From assembly GCA_903830655.1 (NCBI GenBank), contig CAIKUQ010000070.1, positions 9,596 through 73,595 of the forward strand: a DNA stretch of 64,000 nt, given 5' to 3'. Below, one piece after another: positions 46,228 through 56,609 of this stretch. A model generated the notes under the pieces. The model had not been told where the DNA came from. It did no database searches and worked only from the letters and a program-made list of their open reading frames with translations. The translations under genes and the position numbers were made by a program. Source of the DNA: an uncultured Actinomycetes bacterium (GTDB taxonomy: Bacteria; Actinomycetota; Acidimicrobiia; Acidimicrobiales; RAAP-2). Position 1 is the stretch's first letter, and each line of letters starts with the position of its first letter.

Positions 46228-47634
46228 TTAATAGGACTTTGCGACGATGGCCACTAAATCTGGCTCTTGGTCCGAAAGCGGCATCGTTCCGTCCCGGCGC
46301 TGCAGACACCGAACGGTGATGGCTTCTTTCTTCAAGGTAGCCTCCCCCAACCCGTCTACCGTTTTCCAGTCCAAGCGCGCAAAACCAGTTTGAGCTGCCG
46401 AAAGGGCCGCCTCGATGGTTTTCACATCGTGCGTGTTGGCATCACGGTGCGCCGTGGCGGCGTTGTAGAGCAGTCGTTGCATGTCTTCAAGAAGAATTTG
46501 GGCGTGGGCCACGACGGTGTTGAGTTGCACCTGAGCTTTTTCGCTGGTGTCTCGGCGCGCCACGGTTACTTCGCCGTTGGCTAGATCGCGCGGCCCAAGT
46601 TCGATGCGCAGTGGTACTCCTTTAATCTCCCAGTCAGTGGCTCTGCGGCCAAAACTGCCAGTAGCCACGTCAAGTTCGGCGCGAATACCCGCCTCTTGCA
46701 AACGTGACACCAAGTCACGGCATGAAGCGTTAACCGATTCGTCATCTCGAACCGCCATCACGACCGCTTGAATGGGGGCCACTACTGGAGGCACTACGAG
46801 TCCCTTGTCATCGCCGTGGGCCATGATTAACCCACCAATGGTCCGCGTTGAGATGCCCCACGAGGTGGTGTGACACAGTTCTGATGAACCCGCTTCACTC
46901 TGGAAGGTGATGTTGAACGCCTTCGCAAAGTTGGTTCCCAGTTCGTGACTCGTGGCCATCTGCAAGGCTTTGCCATCTTTCATCATTGCTTCACAGGTCA
47001 TCGAGTTGATGGCCCCCGCGAAACGTTCGCTCTTTGGCTTGATGCCAACATAAGTAGGAACAGCGAGTACCTTGTCGAGGAAGTCGTGATACACCTCTAA
47101 GTGAATTTTGGTGGCGTAGGCCGATGCATCTTCGTAACTTGCGTGTGCGCAGTGTCCCTCTTGCCATAAAAACTCAGAGGTGCGCAAGAACAAACGTGGT
47201 CGCATCTCCCATCGCACAACATTCGCCCACTGGTTTAAAAGCAACGGAAGGTCACGATGACTTTGCACCCACTTGGCCATGTACTCGCCAAAAACTGTTT
47301 CCGAGGTGGGGCGAACCACAATCGGCTCGGCTAGTTCTTCACCCCCGGCGATGGTGACTATCGCGAGCTCGGGACTAAAGCCCTCGACGTGTTCGGCTTC
47401 ACGCTTGAGATAACTCTCTGGAATAAAAAGTGGGAAGTAGACGTTCTTGGCGCCAGCGGCTTTGATGCGCACGTCGACCGCGCTTTGAATCCGCTCCCAA
47501 ATGGCGTACCCGTAAGGTCGGATCACCATCGTCCCACGCACCGGTCCGTTATCGGCCATCTCGGCCTTCGCGACGACATCTTGGTACCACTTGGGAAAGT
47601 CTTCAGCCTGGGGGGTCAAGATTGGCTCGGCCAC
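46228..47634 (-). CDS. proS: proline--tRNA ligase, archaeal/eukaryote-like type
   Basis: GPVRGTMVIRPYGYAIWE, VRPTSET, QWANVVRWEMR.RLFLRT.EFLWQEGH, C-terminal Tyr, no editing insertion. Confidence 0.96.
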   Translation of the reverse strand: MAEPILTPQAEDFPKWYQDVVAKAEMADNGPVRGTMVIRPYGYAIWERIQSAVDVRIKAAGAKNVYFPLFIPESYLKREAEHVEGFSPELAIVTIAGGEELAEPIVVRPTSETVFGEYMAKWVQSHRDLPLLLNQWANVVRWEMRPRLFLRTSEFLWQEGHCAHASYEDASAYATKIHLEVYHDFLDKVLAVPTYVGIKPKSERFAGAINSMTCEAMMKDGKALQMATSHELGTNFAKAFNITFQSEAGSSELCHTTSWGISTRTIGGLIMAHGDDKGLVVPPVVAPIQAVVMAVRDDESVNASCRDLVSRLQEAGIRAELDVATGSFGRRATDWEIKGVPLRIELGPRDLANGEVTVARRDTSEKAQVQLNTVVAHAQILLEDMQRLLYNAATAHRDANTHDVKTIEAALSAAQTGFARLDWKTVDGLGEATLKKEAITVRCLQRRDGTMPLSDQEPDLVAIVAKSY

Positions 47635-47674
47635 GGTGCTCCTTACTAGCGTTTCACTAAAGGTTACTCAGGCG

Positions 47675-48904
47675 CTACTTCTCGGCACGCTTGCGAATTA
47701 ATTGGATTCGCGCGCCCGCCTGGTTGGCGTCGGCTCCTTTGGCGTCAAGCAACAGCGCGCGGTCGGCTTCCGCTTCGGCTTCGGCGCCTACATCTCGCTT
47801 AGCGAGCCTGGCGGCGATGCCCTCCTCGCCGATCTTTTTGGCTTCGGCGACTAGGGCTTCCACCATCTCGTCTTCGGGCACCACGCGAACAATCTGCCCT
47901 TGGATAAAGAGGTGACCACGCTTTTTACCGGCCGCAATTCCTAGGTCCGCGTGGCGAGCCTCGCCCGGCCCATTCACCACACATCCCATCACGGCAACTT
48001 GAATCGGAATCTGTAGTTCGTTCAATGCGGCCTGGGCCTCGTTGGCAATCTTGATGACATCAACTTCGCTGCGGCCACAAGAGGGGCAGGCAATCAGATC
48101 TAACCCTTTGCGTTCTCGCAGTCCGAGTGATTCGAGCAGTTGGCGTCCAGCTCGCGCCTCTTCAACTGGATCAGCCGTTAGCGAATAGCGCAGCGTGTCA
48201 CCAATCCCCTCGCTCAGGAGCGTGGCGATTCCCGCGGTGCCCTTGATGAGTCCACCGGGCAACGGACCGGCCTCGGTCACACCCAGGTGCAAGGGGTGGT
48301 CAAAGGTTTCAGACGCTAACCGGTAGGCGGCAATCATGAGGGCCACTGACGATGCTTTGACTGAGATTTTTACGTCCGAGAAGTCGACCTCTTGGAAGTA
48401 GGCCAGTTCAATACGCGCCGACTCGACAAGCGCTTCGGGTGTTGCTCCGCCAAATTTTTCGTAGATGTCCGGGTGCAGTGAACCGGCGTTGACCCCGATG
48501 CGAATTGGGACACCGCGGTCTTTGGCCTCTCGGGCCACCAATTTGATCTCTTCGGGCTTTCGAAGGTTGCCCGGGTTCAGGCGAAGTCCCTGTACGCCCG
48601 CTTCGAGCGCGGCGAGGGCCATCTCAACGTGAAAATGAATGTCGGCCACGATTGGTACGGGAGAACGAGGAACTATTTGTGCGAGTCCTTCTGCGGCGGC
48701 CTGCTCATTGCAGGTGCAGCGGACAATATCGGCCCCCGCACCGGCCAGACCATAAATTTGCTGCAACGTGCCCTCGACATCGGCAGTCTTGGTTGTGGTC
48801 ATCGATTGAATCGAAATAGGGGCGTCGCCACCGACTTTGACCGAGCCGACAGAGATCTGCCTTGTTTTACGACGAGGGGTTAAGGAATTTGCGGTGACGT
48901 CCAC
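47675..48904 (-). CDS. ispG: 4-hydroxy-3-methylbut-2-en-1-yl diphosphate synthase
   Basis: QSMTTT.T, ADIHF, RLNPGN, HLGVTEAG, ACPSCGR, VMGCVVNGPGEA. Confidence 0.97.
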   Translation of the reverse strand: MDVTANSLTPRRKTRQISVGSVKVGGDAPISIQSMTTTKTADVEGTLQQIYGLAGAGADIVRCTCNEQAAAEGLAQIVPRSPVPIVADIHFHVEMALAALEAGVQGLRLNPGNLRKPEEIKLVAREAKDRGVPIRIGVNAGSLHPDIYEKFGGATPEALVESARIELAYFQEVDFSDVKISVKASSVALMIAAYRLASETFDHPLHLGVTEAGPLPGGLIKGTAGIATLLSEGIGDTLRYSLTADPVEEARAGRQLLESLGLRERKGLDLIACPSCGRSEVDVIKIANEAQAALNELQIPIQVAVMGCVVNGPGEARHADLGIAAGKKRGHLFIQGQIVRVVPEDEMVEALVAEAKKIGEEGIAARLAKRDVGAEAEAEADRALLLDAKGADANQAGARIQLIRKRAEK

Positions 48905-49000
48905 GGTTCTATTCTGCCCGCTTTTTCACGGCGTGAGTACGTCGTTGGCCCCTAAGTCTCATTGGGGGCTTAATTTCAAGGAACCCAGAGTTCCTTTCGA

Positions 49001-50254
49001 TTATTTGAATGGGTTAACCATCGGATGGGCTATATCTAAATACAAGGTGCAGGCAAATAGAACCAGTAACACGCCTATAAACCCAATCGTTAAAACATTG
49101 AGCTTGGCTAAATCAAATTGATAGCGACGGCCCTTTCGTGAACGAAGTCTTTCGTAGGTGGCAATTGCGACGTACCCACCATCTAAGGGCAGCAGCGGCA
49201 TCATGTTCAGTACCCCAATGAAAATATTCACCATCATGAGGACCCCCAGTAATGGAGCCCAGCCAGCGTCAGCTGCTTGGGTGGCAATGCGGACTACACC
49301 AACAATTGACTGGGGCCGTTGCTGCTCATTTTGAATCAAATTCGCAGCGCTCGGAGAGGCCACCTGGTGAAACAAGCTGGCAAACATTGAGGGCGAGAAG
49401 ACGTGACCGATTGCTTTGATGGCGGCAGTAATTGTGCTGCCCACAATGTGGAGACCGTTGGGTATTGCGCTCGCGACGCCCACCGGCACAATCTGTTCAC
49501 CCAGCGCAATGCCGAGGTAGCCGACGGGGACCTTGCCGGTCGCGATTGGGGCCCCACCACTCGTAAGCCCTCTTCCGTCTTGAGGAGTGACACTGACGTT
49601 GAATTGGGAGCTGCCCCGAGCCACTCGAATGGTGAGCGCACGCCCGGCGCTGGCGTGGATCAAATTCGTCAACATCGTGGGGCTAGTGATGGTCTGTGCG
49701 TCGATGGAAATGATGCGATCGCCCGCTCGCAGACCAGCCTGCTGGGCCGCGGTTTGGCTGTGTCCATCCCAGAGAGCAAAACCCGTGATATCGACATGCG
49801 AGGGACTCGATTGGCCAATAAAGAGAAGGGAGGCCCAGACGAGTATCAGAGCCATCACCACGTGCATGAATGAACCCGCCGAAGCGAAGATCACCTTGCG
49901 CGCAAAGCTGGCCTGGCGATAGGTGCGCGATTCAATGGCTGGATCAACGGTGTCGCGCCAGGTCATACCCGGCACCTTCACGTAGCCGCCAAGCAGTAGT
50001 GCGCGCACTCCGTAGCGAGTTTCGCCGATTTGCTTAGACCACAGAACTGGTCCGAAACCGACAAAGAAGTCCGTCACCAGCATCCCCGAACGTTTAGCGG
50101 TGATGTAGTGCCCAAACTCGTGAGCCATAACCATAAAGATGATGGCCAAAATAATTAATGGCAGCGTTACTCCCGCCAGTGCCGTCAAAGCGACTCCGAG
50201 GGCGAGTAATCCAGCGAGCAGTAGCCAGGGTGAATGGCGAATTGGGTTGTTCAT
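49001..50254 (-). CDS. rseP: RseP/RIP site-2 intramembrane metalloprotease with PDZ
   Basis: AHEFGH, GGYVK..GM, AG...H, PDZ domain, NMMPL.PLDGG. ATG 50254. Confidence 0.92.
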   Translation of the reverse strand: MNNPIRHSPWLLLAGLLALGVALTALAGVTLPLIILAIIFMVMAHEFGHYITAKRSGMLVTDFFVGFGPVLWSKQIGETRYGVRALLLGGYVKVPGMTWRDTVDPAIESRTYRQASFARKVIFASAGSFMHVVMALILVWASLLFIGQSSPSHVDITGFALWDGHSQTAAQQAGLRAGDRIISIDAQTITSPTMLTNLIHASAGRALTIRVARGSSQFNVSVTPQDGRGLTSGGAPIATGKVPVGYLGIALGEQIVPVGVASAIPNGLHIVGSTITAAIKAIGHVFSPSMFASLFHQVASPSAANLIQNEQQRPQSIVGVVRIATQAADAGWAPLLGVLMMVNIFIGVLNMMPLLPLDGGYVAIATYERLRSRKGRRYQFDLAKLNVLTIGFIGVLLVLFACTLYLDIAHPMVNPFK

Positions 50255-50255
50255 C

Positions 50256-51416
50256 TTATTGGGGCAGGTTAGCGGTGGCGACCTGTCGCGCACGCGCATC
50301 GGCCTCTAAGAGTTCACTAAGAGAAGTAAGCCCAACGGGCTCATAGCGACTGAGCGTCAACGACACCACCTCGACTATCTGTCGCCAACTAATTCGGTCA
50401 GCTAAGAAGGCGGCCACCGCAACTTCGTTCGCGGCACTCATCCACGCCGGCGCCACGCCACCAATACGCGCTGCCTCGTAGGCCAAGGGTAGCGCGGGAA
50501 AATTCGTTAGGTCCGGTGGAGAAAATTCCAGTGTGAGTGGCTCACGAAAGTCGAGTGCTCCCCAGGCGTGATCTAACCGCTCGGGCATACCTAAGCAATA
50601 CGCGATGGGCAAGCGCATGTCCGGTTTGGACAATTGAGCGATAACCGAACCATCCACGTACTCGACCATCGAGTGAACGATTGACTGGGGGTGAATAACA
50701 ACATCAACTCGGTCGACTCCAATACCAAAGAGCGCGGAGGCCTCGAGAACCTCTAAGCCCTTATTCATCAATGTTGATGAGTCAATGGTGATCTTTGGCC
50801 CCATCGTCCACGTGGGGTGTGCGAGCGCCTTATCTTTGGTGACTCCATCGAGTGCTTCACTGGTCCATCCGCGAAATGGTCCGCCGGAAGCGGTCAAAAT
50901 CAATCGACGCACATCACGATATCCCGTGGCGCTCGACGCGCCGGCGAGCGCTTGATGAATGGCGCAGTGTTCGGAATCAATCGGCAGTAACTCCGCTCCG
51001 GGGGTGTGGCGCACCCTTTCAACCAGGGGGGCAGCCGCGATTAAGGACTCCTTATTAGCCAGTGCCAATCGCTTCCCCGCCTCGAGTGCAGCCAAGGTGA
51101 CCGGGAGTCCGGCAAAGCCAACCACGGCATTGACGATTGTGTCAGCCGAGCTCGCAAGTTCCTTCAGCCCCTCATCACCCACCACTACGTGAGAGCCGGG
51201 AAGAGCGCTCAGCAGCACCTCTCGAAGTTCGTTGCTCGGCACTCCGATCTGCAGTACCTGGAATTCGCGCGCAATAGCAATGAGCCGTTCAATGTTTCCT
51301 CCACCACCGGCAATTGCGGTGAGCCTAAAGCGCTCGGGTTCACGGCGCAGGACCTCGAGGGTTTGCGAGCCAATTGAGCCAGTCGCTCCCAATAACGCAA
51401 CGGAAGTTTGGCTCAT
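50256..51416 (-). CDS. dxr: 1-deoxy-D-xylulose-5-phosphate reductoisomerase
   Basis: GATGSIG, ALANKESL, PIDSEH, LTASGGPF, HPTW.MG.KITIDS. Confidence 0.98.
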   Translation of the reverse strand: MSQTSVALLGATGSIGSQTLEVLRREPERFRLTAIAGGGGNIERLIAIAREFQVLQIGVPSNELREVLLSALPGSHVVVGDEGLKELASSADTIVNAVVGFAGLPVTLAALEAGKRLALANKESLIAAAPLVERVRHTPGAELLPIDSEHCAIHQALAGASSATGYRDVRRLILTASGGPFRGWTSEALDGVTKDKALAHPTWTMGPKITIDSSTLMNKGLEVLEASALFGIGVDRVDVVIHPQSIVHSMVEYVDGSVIAQLSKPDMRLPIAYCLGMPERLDHAWGALDFREPLTLEFSPPDLTNFPALPLAYEAARIGGVAPAWMSAANEVAVAAFLADRISWRQIVEVVSLTLSRYEPVGLTSLSELLEADARARQVATANLPQ

Positions 51417-51419
51417 GGC

Positions 51420-52715
51420 CTAGCTCAGGTGCGCGAAGTGGGTGAAGTAGAAAGTCGCGGGTAGCGCAAAAAGAAGCCCATCAACCCGGTCAATCAAACC
51501 GCCGTGGCCCGGCAACAATTTGCCCATGTCCTTCACGCCCAACGATCGCTTAACCATGGATTCGAACAAATCACCCATCGGTACAACGAGTGAGATGACC
51601 ATTGCCAACTCCAATCCGTTTTGGGCGGCCCAGGGTGACATGAGAGGCAATAAGAAATGTCCGGCGAGGAGCGTGATTGCACTACCGCCAATGAGTCCGC
51701 CTACGGTCTTATTAGGTGACAGCGTTGGATTTAACGGACGCTTGCCAAACCAGCGGCCCGTAAAGAGAGCGCCAGTGTCGTTGGCCATGGTGAGCATAAT
51801 CCCGCCCCACAGGTACGCAATGCCATGACGGCCCGCAAAGGTGTGCGACGAGAGAAGCAACAAGGCGAAAGATCCGAGTCCGCCCACCCACGCAAAAACA
51901 AAGATTGTTGAGCCGAGGCCCTCCATCACATCGAGTTTTTGCGGCGAGAGCGCGTACCAAACGAAACCGACGATAATCATCATCACCAGCGTCGCTGCGT
52001 AGCCGGCGAAGTTTCCGTAGGCGTAGCTATAGGCGGCCAAGGTGATCACGCCAACAATGCCTAGGCCACTGGCGGGGTGGTAGCCCGAAGCGCGAAATCC
52101 TTCGAAGACCTCCGCACTCGCGGTAGCCAAGACCAGCATCACCACGAGGGCGGTAATCGTTGAGCCCAAGTACAGCACTACAAAAAGTGCGAGGGCGAGA
52201 GCAATACCGGTCGCGGTTGCTCGCCCCACCGTTGAATTTTGTGCCTGGCGAACGGCGCGGCCCGCGAGCGGGTCGCGAGAAAGATTTGCACCATTTCGAA
52301 CCAAGGGGGCTACCACCGGCTCGGGCCGAGTGAACTCTTCGATAGTAATTTCTTCGGAAACAAAACGTTCGCGGGCTGGTGGCATCTGCCAGCTCCCAGC
52401 ATCTTCTACCGGATTAGGTTGCGCCAAAAATGAAGCGTCAAACTGCTCTTCGTGAGCGACCCAGTCGGCTTCGCCCTCGCGCCATGCCGGAGCGGGGATG
52501 TTGGCCCAAGGGTCATCGTCGACGGTTTCTCGCGACACGACGAAGGGGACGGCGCCGGTGGGCTGTTCCGTCCAGTGCGGCAGCAAGGTGTCGGGATCAA
52601 TGGCGGGAATCTCATCGACGAGATCTGCGGCTTGGTCGGCGCCGGAGATGGTGACGCCGGTTACCGGCAACTCGCCCGTGGGCTCGTCATCGTAAAAGGG
52701 ACCGTCAGACCTCAA
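51420..52715 (-). CDS. cdsA: phosphatidate cytidylyltransferase with a long acidic N-terminal extension
   Basis: DTGA.F.G..FGK......SPNKT..G, GDLFES.VKR..GVKD.G.LLPGHGG..DR.D. Exact start uncertain. Confidence 0.92.
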   Translation of the reverse strand: MRSDGPFYDDEPTGELPVTGVTISGADQAADLVDEIPAIDPDTLLPHWTEQPTGAVPFVVSRETVDDDPWANIPAPAWREGEADWVAHEEQFDASFLAQPNPVEDAGSWQMPPARERFVSEEITIEEFTRPEPVVAPLVRNGANLSRDPLAGRAVRQAQNSTVGRATATGIALALALFVVLYLGSTITALVVMLVLATASAEVFEGFRASGYHPASGLGIVGVITLAAYSYAYGNFAGYAATLVMMIIVGFVWYALSPQKLDVMEGLGSTIFVFAWVGGLGSFALLLLSSHTFAGRHGIAYLWGGIMLTMANDTGALFTGRWFGKRPLNPTLSPNKTVGGLIGGSAITLLAGHFLLPLMSPWAAQNGLELAMVISLVVPMGDLFESMVKRSLGVKDMGKLLPGHGGLIDRVDGLLFALPATFYFTHFAHLS

Positions 52716-53277
52716 GGAGCTCTTGTTCCTTGTGAGCGAGGAGCTGGTCGATGGTGGCTACCTCATCTTGGGTCATCTTGTCGAGCAGCTTTTCCATACG
52801 TTCGATGTCATCTTTGGAGAGTCCATTGTCCTTCTCGCCACTTTCAATCTCTTGACGAGCGTGGCGGCGTACGCCGCGAACGGCAACTTTGCCGTCTTCA
52901 GCCTTGGTTTTGACGACCTTTACGAAGGACTTGCGACGCTCCTCGGTAAGAGCGGGGAACGCGAGGCGGATGATCTGACCGTCATTTGACGGGGTCAGGC
53001 CGAGATCGGCATTCTGAATGGCCTTTTCAATTGCCCCCATGGCGCCCTTATCAAAGGGCGACACCACCAGCATGCGGGGTTCGGGAACAGAGAAGTTTGC
53101 TAACTGTTTGAGCGGCGTCTCCGAACCGTAGTAGTCCACGAGAAGTCCTTCCACCAGGTTCGAAGAGGCTCGACCGGTTCGCACGGCGGCGAACTCGCTC
53201 TTGACGTGCTCGATGGCCTTGAGCATGCGATCCTTGGTGTCTTCAAGAATATATTCGAGGAAGTCGTCTTTTTCCAT
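52705..53277 (-). CDS. frr: ribosome recycling factor
   Basis: VRTGRA, YYG..TPL.QLA, DLGL.P.NDG, LTEERRK. Confidence 0.97.
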   Translation of the reverse strand: MEKDDFLEYILEDTKDRMLKAIEHVKSEFAAVRTGRASSNLVEGLLVDYYGSETPLKQLANFSVPEPRMLVVSPFDKGAMGAIEKAIQNADLGLTPSNDGQIIRLAFPALTEERRKSFVKVVKTKAEDGKVAVRGVRRHARQEIESGEKDNGLSKDDIERMEKLLDKMTQDEVATIDQLLAHKEQELLEV

Positions 53278-53987
53278 TACTTCACCAGCGTACCGACGGC
53301 TTCGCCATCTAGAGCACGTCCTAAATTACCCGGCTGCATCAGGTCAAAGACCCTCAGCGGCAAGTGGTTGTCTTTGCAGAAGGTAATTGCGGTCATGTCC
53401 ATAACGCGTAGGTCTTTACGGATGACCTCGTCAAAGGAAATTTCGTCGTACTTCGTGGCCGAGGGATCCTTACGGGGATCAGCTGAGTAGACGCCGTCAA
53501 CTCCCCCGTGAGTTCCCTTCAAGACGTACTGTGCTTCAATCTCCGCGGCACGCTGCGCGGCGGGAGTATCGGTGGTGAAATAAGGGTTACCCATTCCCGC
53601 GGCAAAGATAACGACTCGACCCTTTTCTAGGTGTCGAACGGCGCGTCGGCGAATGTAGGGTTCGGCTACTTGGTCCATACCAATTGCGGACATGACGCGA
53701 GTAGCGCGACCGTGCGATTCAATAGCGTCTTGGAGGGCCAGTGAGTTAATGACCGTACCGAGCATGCCCATTAGGTCCGAGTTCGCTCGGTTCATGCCAG
53801 CCATTGCTCCGGTGGCTCCGCGCCAAATGTTGCCGCCGCCCACGACTACCGCGAGCTCAAGTCCGCCCTTAGCCATGGCCTGAGAAATCTCGCGAGCGAG
53901 AAAGTCAACGGTGGAAGCATCAATGGTCTCGTCTGAAGCGGCTGAGGCGAGAGCCTCACCCGAGAGTTTTAGAACGAGTCGACGCAC
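53277..53987 (-). CDS. pyrH: uridylate kinase
   Basis: LKLSGEAL, GGGNIWRG, D.MGML.T, G.G.PYFTTD. Confidence 0.97.
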   Translation of the reverse strand: MRRLVLKLSGEALASAASDETIDASTVDFLAREISQAMAKGGLELAVVVGGGNIWRGATGAMAGMNRANSDLMGMLGTVINSLALQDAIESHGRATRVMSAIGMDQVAEPYIRRRAVRHLEKGRVVIFAAGMGNPYFTTDTPAAQRAAEIEAQYVLKGTHGGVDGVYSADPRKDPSATKYDEISFDEVIRKDLRVMDMTAITFCKDNHLPLRVFDLMQPGNLGRALDGEAVGTLVK

Positions 53988-53996
53988 GTACTGAAT

Positions 53997-54785
53997 CTAG
54001 CCTCCGATGACGACCTGCGCGTAGGCAGTGATCGTCGCGGAACCTAGGTATTGCTCAATTGATTGCTTTTCGTCACGCACGAAGGGCTGTTCGAGCAATA
54101 CGCGCTCTTTGAACCAGCCATTCAAGCGACCCTCGATAATCTTGGGTAGCGCAGCGTCGGGCTTGCCTTCGTTGCGGGAAATCTCTTCGACGGTGGCGCG
54201 CTCGGCGTCCACTTCGCCCTGGGGTACGGCAGCGCGAGCGAGGTAGGAAGGCTTCGAGAAAGCTACGTGTACGCAGATCTCGTGAGCGATCTCTGCGTTG
54301 CCGCCCTTGACCACTACCGCGACGGCATTTACGCCACGACCCGATTGCTGGTGCAAGTAGGTTTCGACAACTTCATCGGCGCCCGCTTCGAGGCGGTACA
54401 CGCGACCCACGGAAATGTTCTCTTTCAAGGTGGTGAGCATGGTCTCAATACGACCTTGGAATTCACTGACGGCTGACTCGCCACTCTCACACACTTTGGC
54501 GGCGATCTCGTCAACCAGTGCGGTGAACTCTTCAGACTTAGCCACGAAGTCGGTCTCGCAGCGCAGTTCCACCATCGCCGCCACGTTGCCGTTGCGAACA
54601 ACGGACACGGCACCTTCGGAGGCGTCGCGGTCCGCACGCTTAGCGGCGGAGGCGAGTCCTTGCACACGCAGCCACTGAGTAGCGGCTTCCATGTCTCCGT
54701 TGTTAGCCTCGAGCGCCTTCTTGGCGTCCATCATGCCAACACCGGTGGCCTGGCGAAGAGTTTGTACGTCCTTGGCGGAAATCAC
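53997..54785 (-). CDS. tsf: elongation factor Ts
   Basis: V..LR..TG.GMMDAKKAL, EL.CETDFVA. Confidence 0.97.
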   Translation of the reverse strand: MISAKDVQTLRQATGVGMMDAKKALEANNGDMEAATQWLRVQGLASAAKRADRDASEGAVSVVRNGNVAAMVELRCETDFVAKSEEFTALVDEIAAKVCESGESAVSEFQGRIETMLTTLKENISVGRVYRLEAGADEVVETYLHQQSGRGVNAVAVVVKGGNAEIAHEICVHVAFSKPSYLARAAVPQGEVDAERATVEEISRNEGKPDAALPKIIEGRLNGWFKERVLLEQPFVRDEKQSIEQYLGSATITAYAQVVIGG

Positions 54786-54802
54786 CGTTCTGTCTCCTTG
54801 TA

Positions 54803-55528
54803 TTAGGCCGTGACGGTCGCCGCGGCGACCGCAGGGCGGTTGTTGCGAATGTAGCGACCCTCGGTTACGGCGTCAGCGATCAAACGGCACATCAGTGCAC
54901 CGGCGCGAATCGCGTCATCGTTACCGGGAATCACGTAGTCAATGACGTCGGGGTCACAGTTAGTGTCCACCACGGCCACCACGGGTAGGCCCAACTTACG
55001 AGCCTCGGTAACAGCGATGTGCTCTTTCTTGGTGTCAATCACGAAGATGGCGTCTGGCGCCTTTTCCATGTTCACAATGCCCGAAAGGTTGCGCTCAAGC
55101 TTTTCGAGTTCACGCGAGTGACGGAGCGCTTCACGCTTGGGCATTCCTTCAAAGTCACCGGCGCGCTGCATGTGGCGAAGTTCGGCCATGCGCTTGACAC
55201 GTCCAGAGATGGTTTGGAAGTTGGTGAGCATGCCACCGAGCCAACGCTCGTTTACGTGAGGCATGCCACAAGCGGCGGAGTACTCAGCGATTGGGCCCTG
55301 AGTCTGCTTTTTGGTACCGACGAACAAGATGGTGCCCCCGTTGGCGACGAGGTCGCGGACGTAGGCGTAGGACTCTTCGATGCCCGCCAGGGTCTTGCGA
55401 AGGTCAATCAGGTAGATGCCGTTGCGCTCACCGAGGATGAAGCGACGCATTTTTGGATTCCAACGACGAGTCTGGTGCCCGAAGTGCACGCCTGAGTCGA
55501 GGAGTTCTTGCAGAGTGACGAGTGCCAC
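54803..55528 (-). CDS. rpsB: 30S ribosomal protein S2
   Basis: [45 protein letters not shown]. Confidence 0.98.
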   Translation of the reverse strand: MALVTLQELLDSGVHFGHQTRRWNPKMRRFILGERNGIYLIDLRKTLAGIEESYAYVRDLVANGGTILFVGTKKQTQGPIAEYSAACGMPHVNERWLGGMLTNFQTISGRVKRMAELRHMQRAGDFEGMPKREALRHSRELEKLERNLSGIVNMEKAPDAIFVIDTKKEHIAVTEARKLGLPVVAVVDTNCDPDVIDYVIPGNDDAIRAGALMCRLIADAVTEGRYIRNNRPAVAAATVTA

Positions 55529-55654
55529 GATAGTTTTCCTTCCGTTCGGTTATTCACCCCCGCAGTGCACCCGAGGGCGACCGTACGAAACTGCGGGTGA
55601 TTCGTATACCCGCTCACCTTGAGAGGGCTTGACCATGATAGTCCAAACCCGGTA

Positions 55655-56560
55655 CTAGCCCCGGGGGTGCGATTTGGTGTGAACCTGCTGAAGCCGGGAT
55701 TTTGAGACGTGGGTATAGATCTGTGTGGTCGTCAAACTCTCGTGACCTAAGAGTTCTTGCACGACTCGCAGGTCCGCTCCCCCTTCGAGAAGGTGGGTGG
55801 CGTAGGTGTGTCGCAGGGCGTGGGGGTGCAGGTGTCCCGCCCCCACGCGGTTGTCGAGAATGCGGCGAACGTCACGAGGACCCAGCGGGCGGCCGCGGCG
55901 ATTTAAGAAGATGATTGCCTGATCGGTACCTGGCGCATGGACCCGGGGACGCCCCTCTGTAATCCAGCGCGAAATGGCCGCCATCGCGGTCGCATGCAGG
56001 GGCACCATGCGCTCTTTGTTGCCCTTACCCAGCACTCGCAGGGTGTTGGCCCTAAAGTCCACGCGTTCAAAGGTCAAACTGCAGAGTTCCGATACTCGCA
56101 GTCCCGCCCCGTAGAGCACCTCACATACTGCCCGGTCCAACAGGTCGAAGGGCTCTTCGCCCCAGTCGACGTCGAGGAGATTTTCGAGTTGCTCGCGCAC
56201 GGCGAGTTGCGGCAATTTCGATTCAGGTTTTGGCGCGCCCACCCTCTCGGCGGGCGAGGCGGTCAAGAAACCGCGATCAACCAGAAAGTCAAAGTACGCC
56301 CGCAGCGCCGCGCGCCGGCGAGAGATTGAACTGCGTTGATCGCCCCGCTCGGTCATAAAAGCCAAGTAGGTGCGCACCAGAGTCAGATCCACCTTGGCCG
56401 GGGCTTTGGTGCCGCGCTCGATGGCGAAGTCGATAAATGCCAGCGCGTCGCTCACGTACGCGCGCCGCGTGGCGGGCGAGCGATTACTCGCGAAAAGTGC
56501 TTCGGCGTAGTCATCGAGCTTCCACGGAGCTGGACGCGAGGGTAAATCCGACATGACCAA
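55655..56560 (-). CDS. xerC: tyrosine recombinase XerC
   Basis: LYGAGLRVSEL, GKGNKER, HPHALRHTYATHLL..GADLR.VQELLGH..L.TTQIYTH. Canonical position just upstream of rpsB. Confidence 0.88.
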   Translation of the reverse strand: MVMSDLPSRPAPWKLDDYAEALFASNRSPATRRAYVSDALAFIDFAIERGTKAPAKVDLTLVRTYLAFMTERGDQRSSISRRRAALRAYFDFLVDRGFLTASPAERVGAPKPESKLPQLAVREQLENLLDVDWGEEPFDLLDRAVCEVLYGAGLRVSELCSLTFERVDFRANTLRVLGKGNKERMVPLHATAMAAISRWITEGRPRVHAPGTDQAIIFLNRRGRPLGPRDVRRILDNRVGAGHLHPHALRHTYATHLLEGGADLRVVQELLGHESLTTTQIYTHVSKSRLQQVHTKSHPRG

Positions 56561-56609
56561 AGCCTAGTAATCCCCCCATCCTTACGAGCGCCTTACTAAC
56601 CTCAACTAC

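Noticed and set aside
55655-56560. Tyrosine recombinase as a phage or ICE integrase
   Set aside because: It is ~300 aa with no arm-binding domain, has XerC/D-type motifs, and sits in the canonical position next to rpsB with no mobile cargo.
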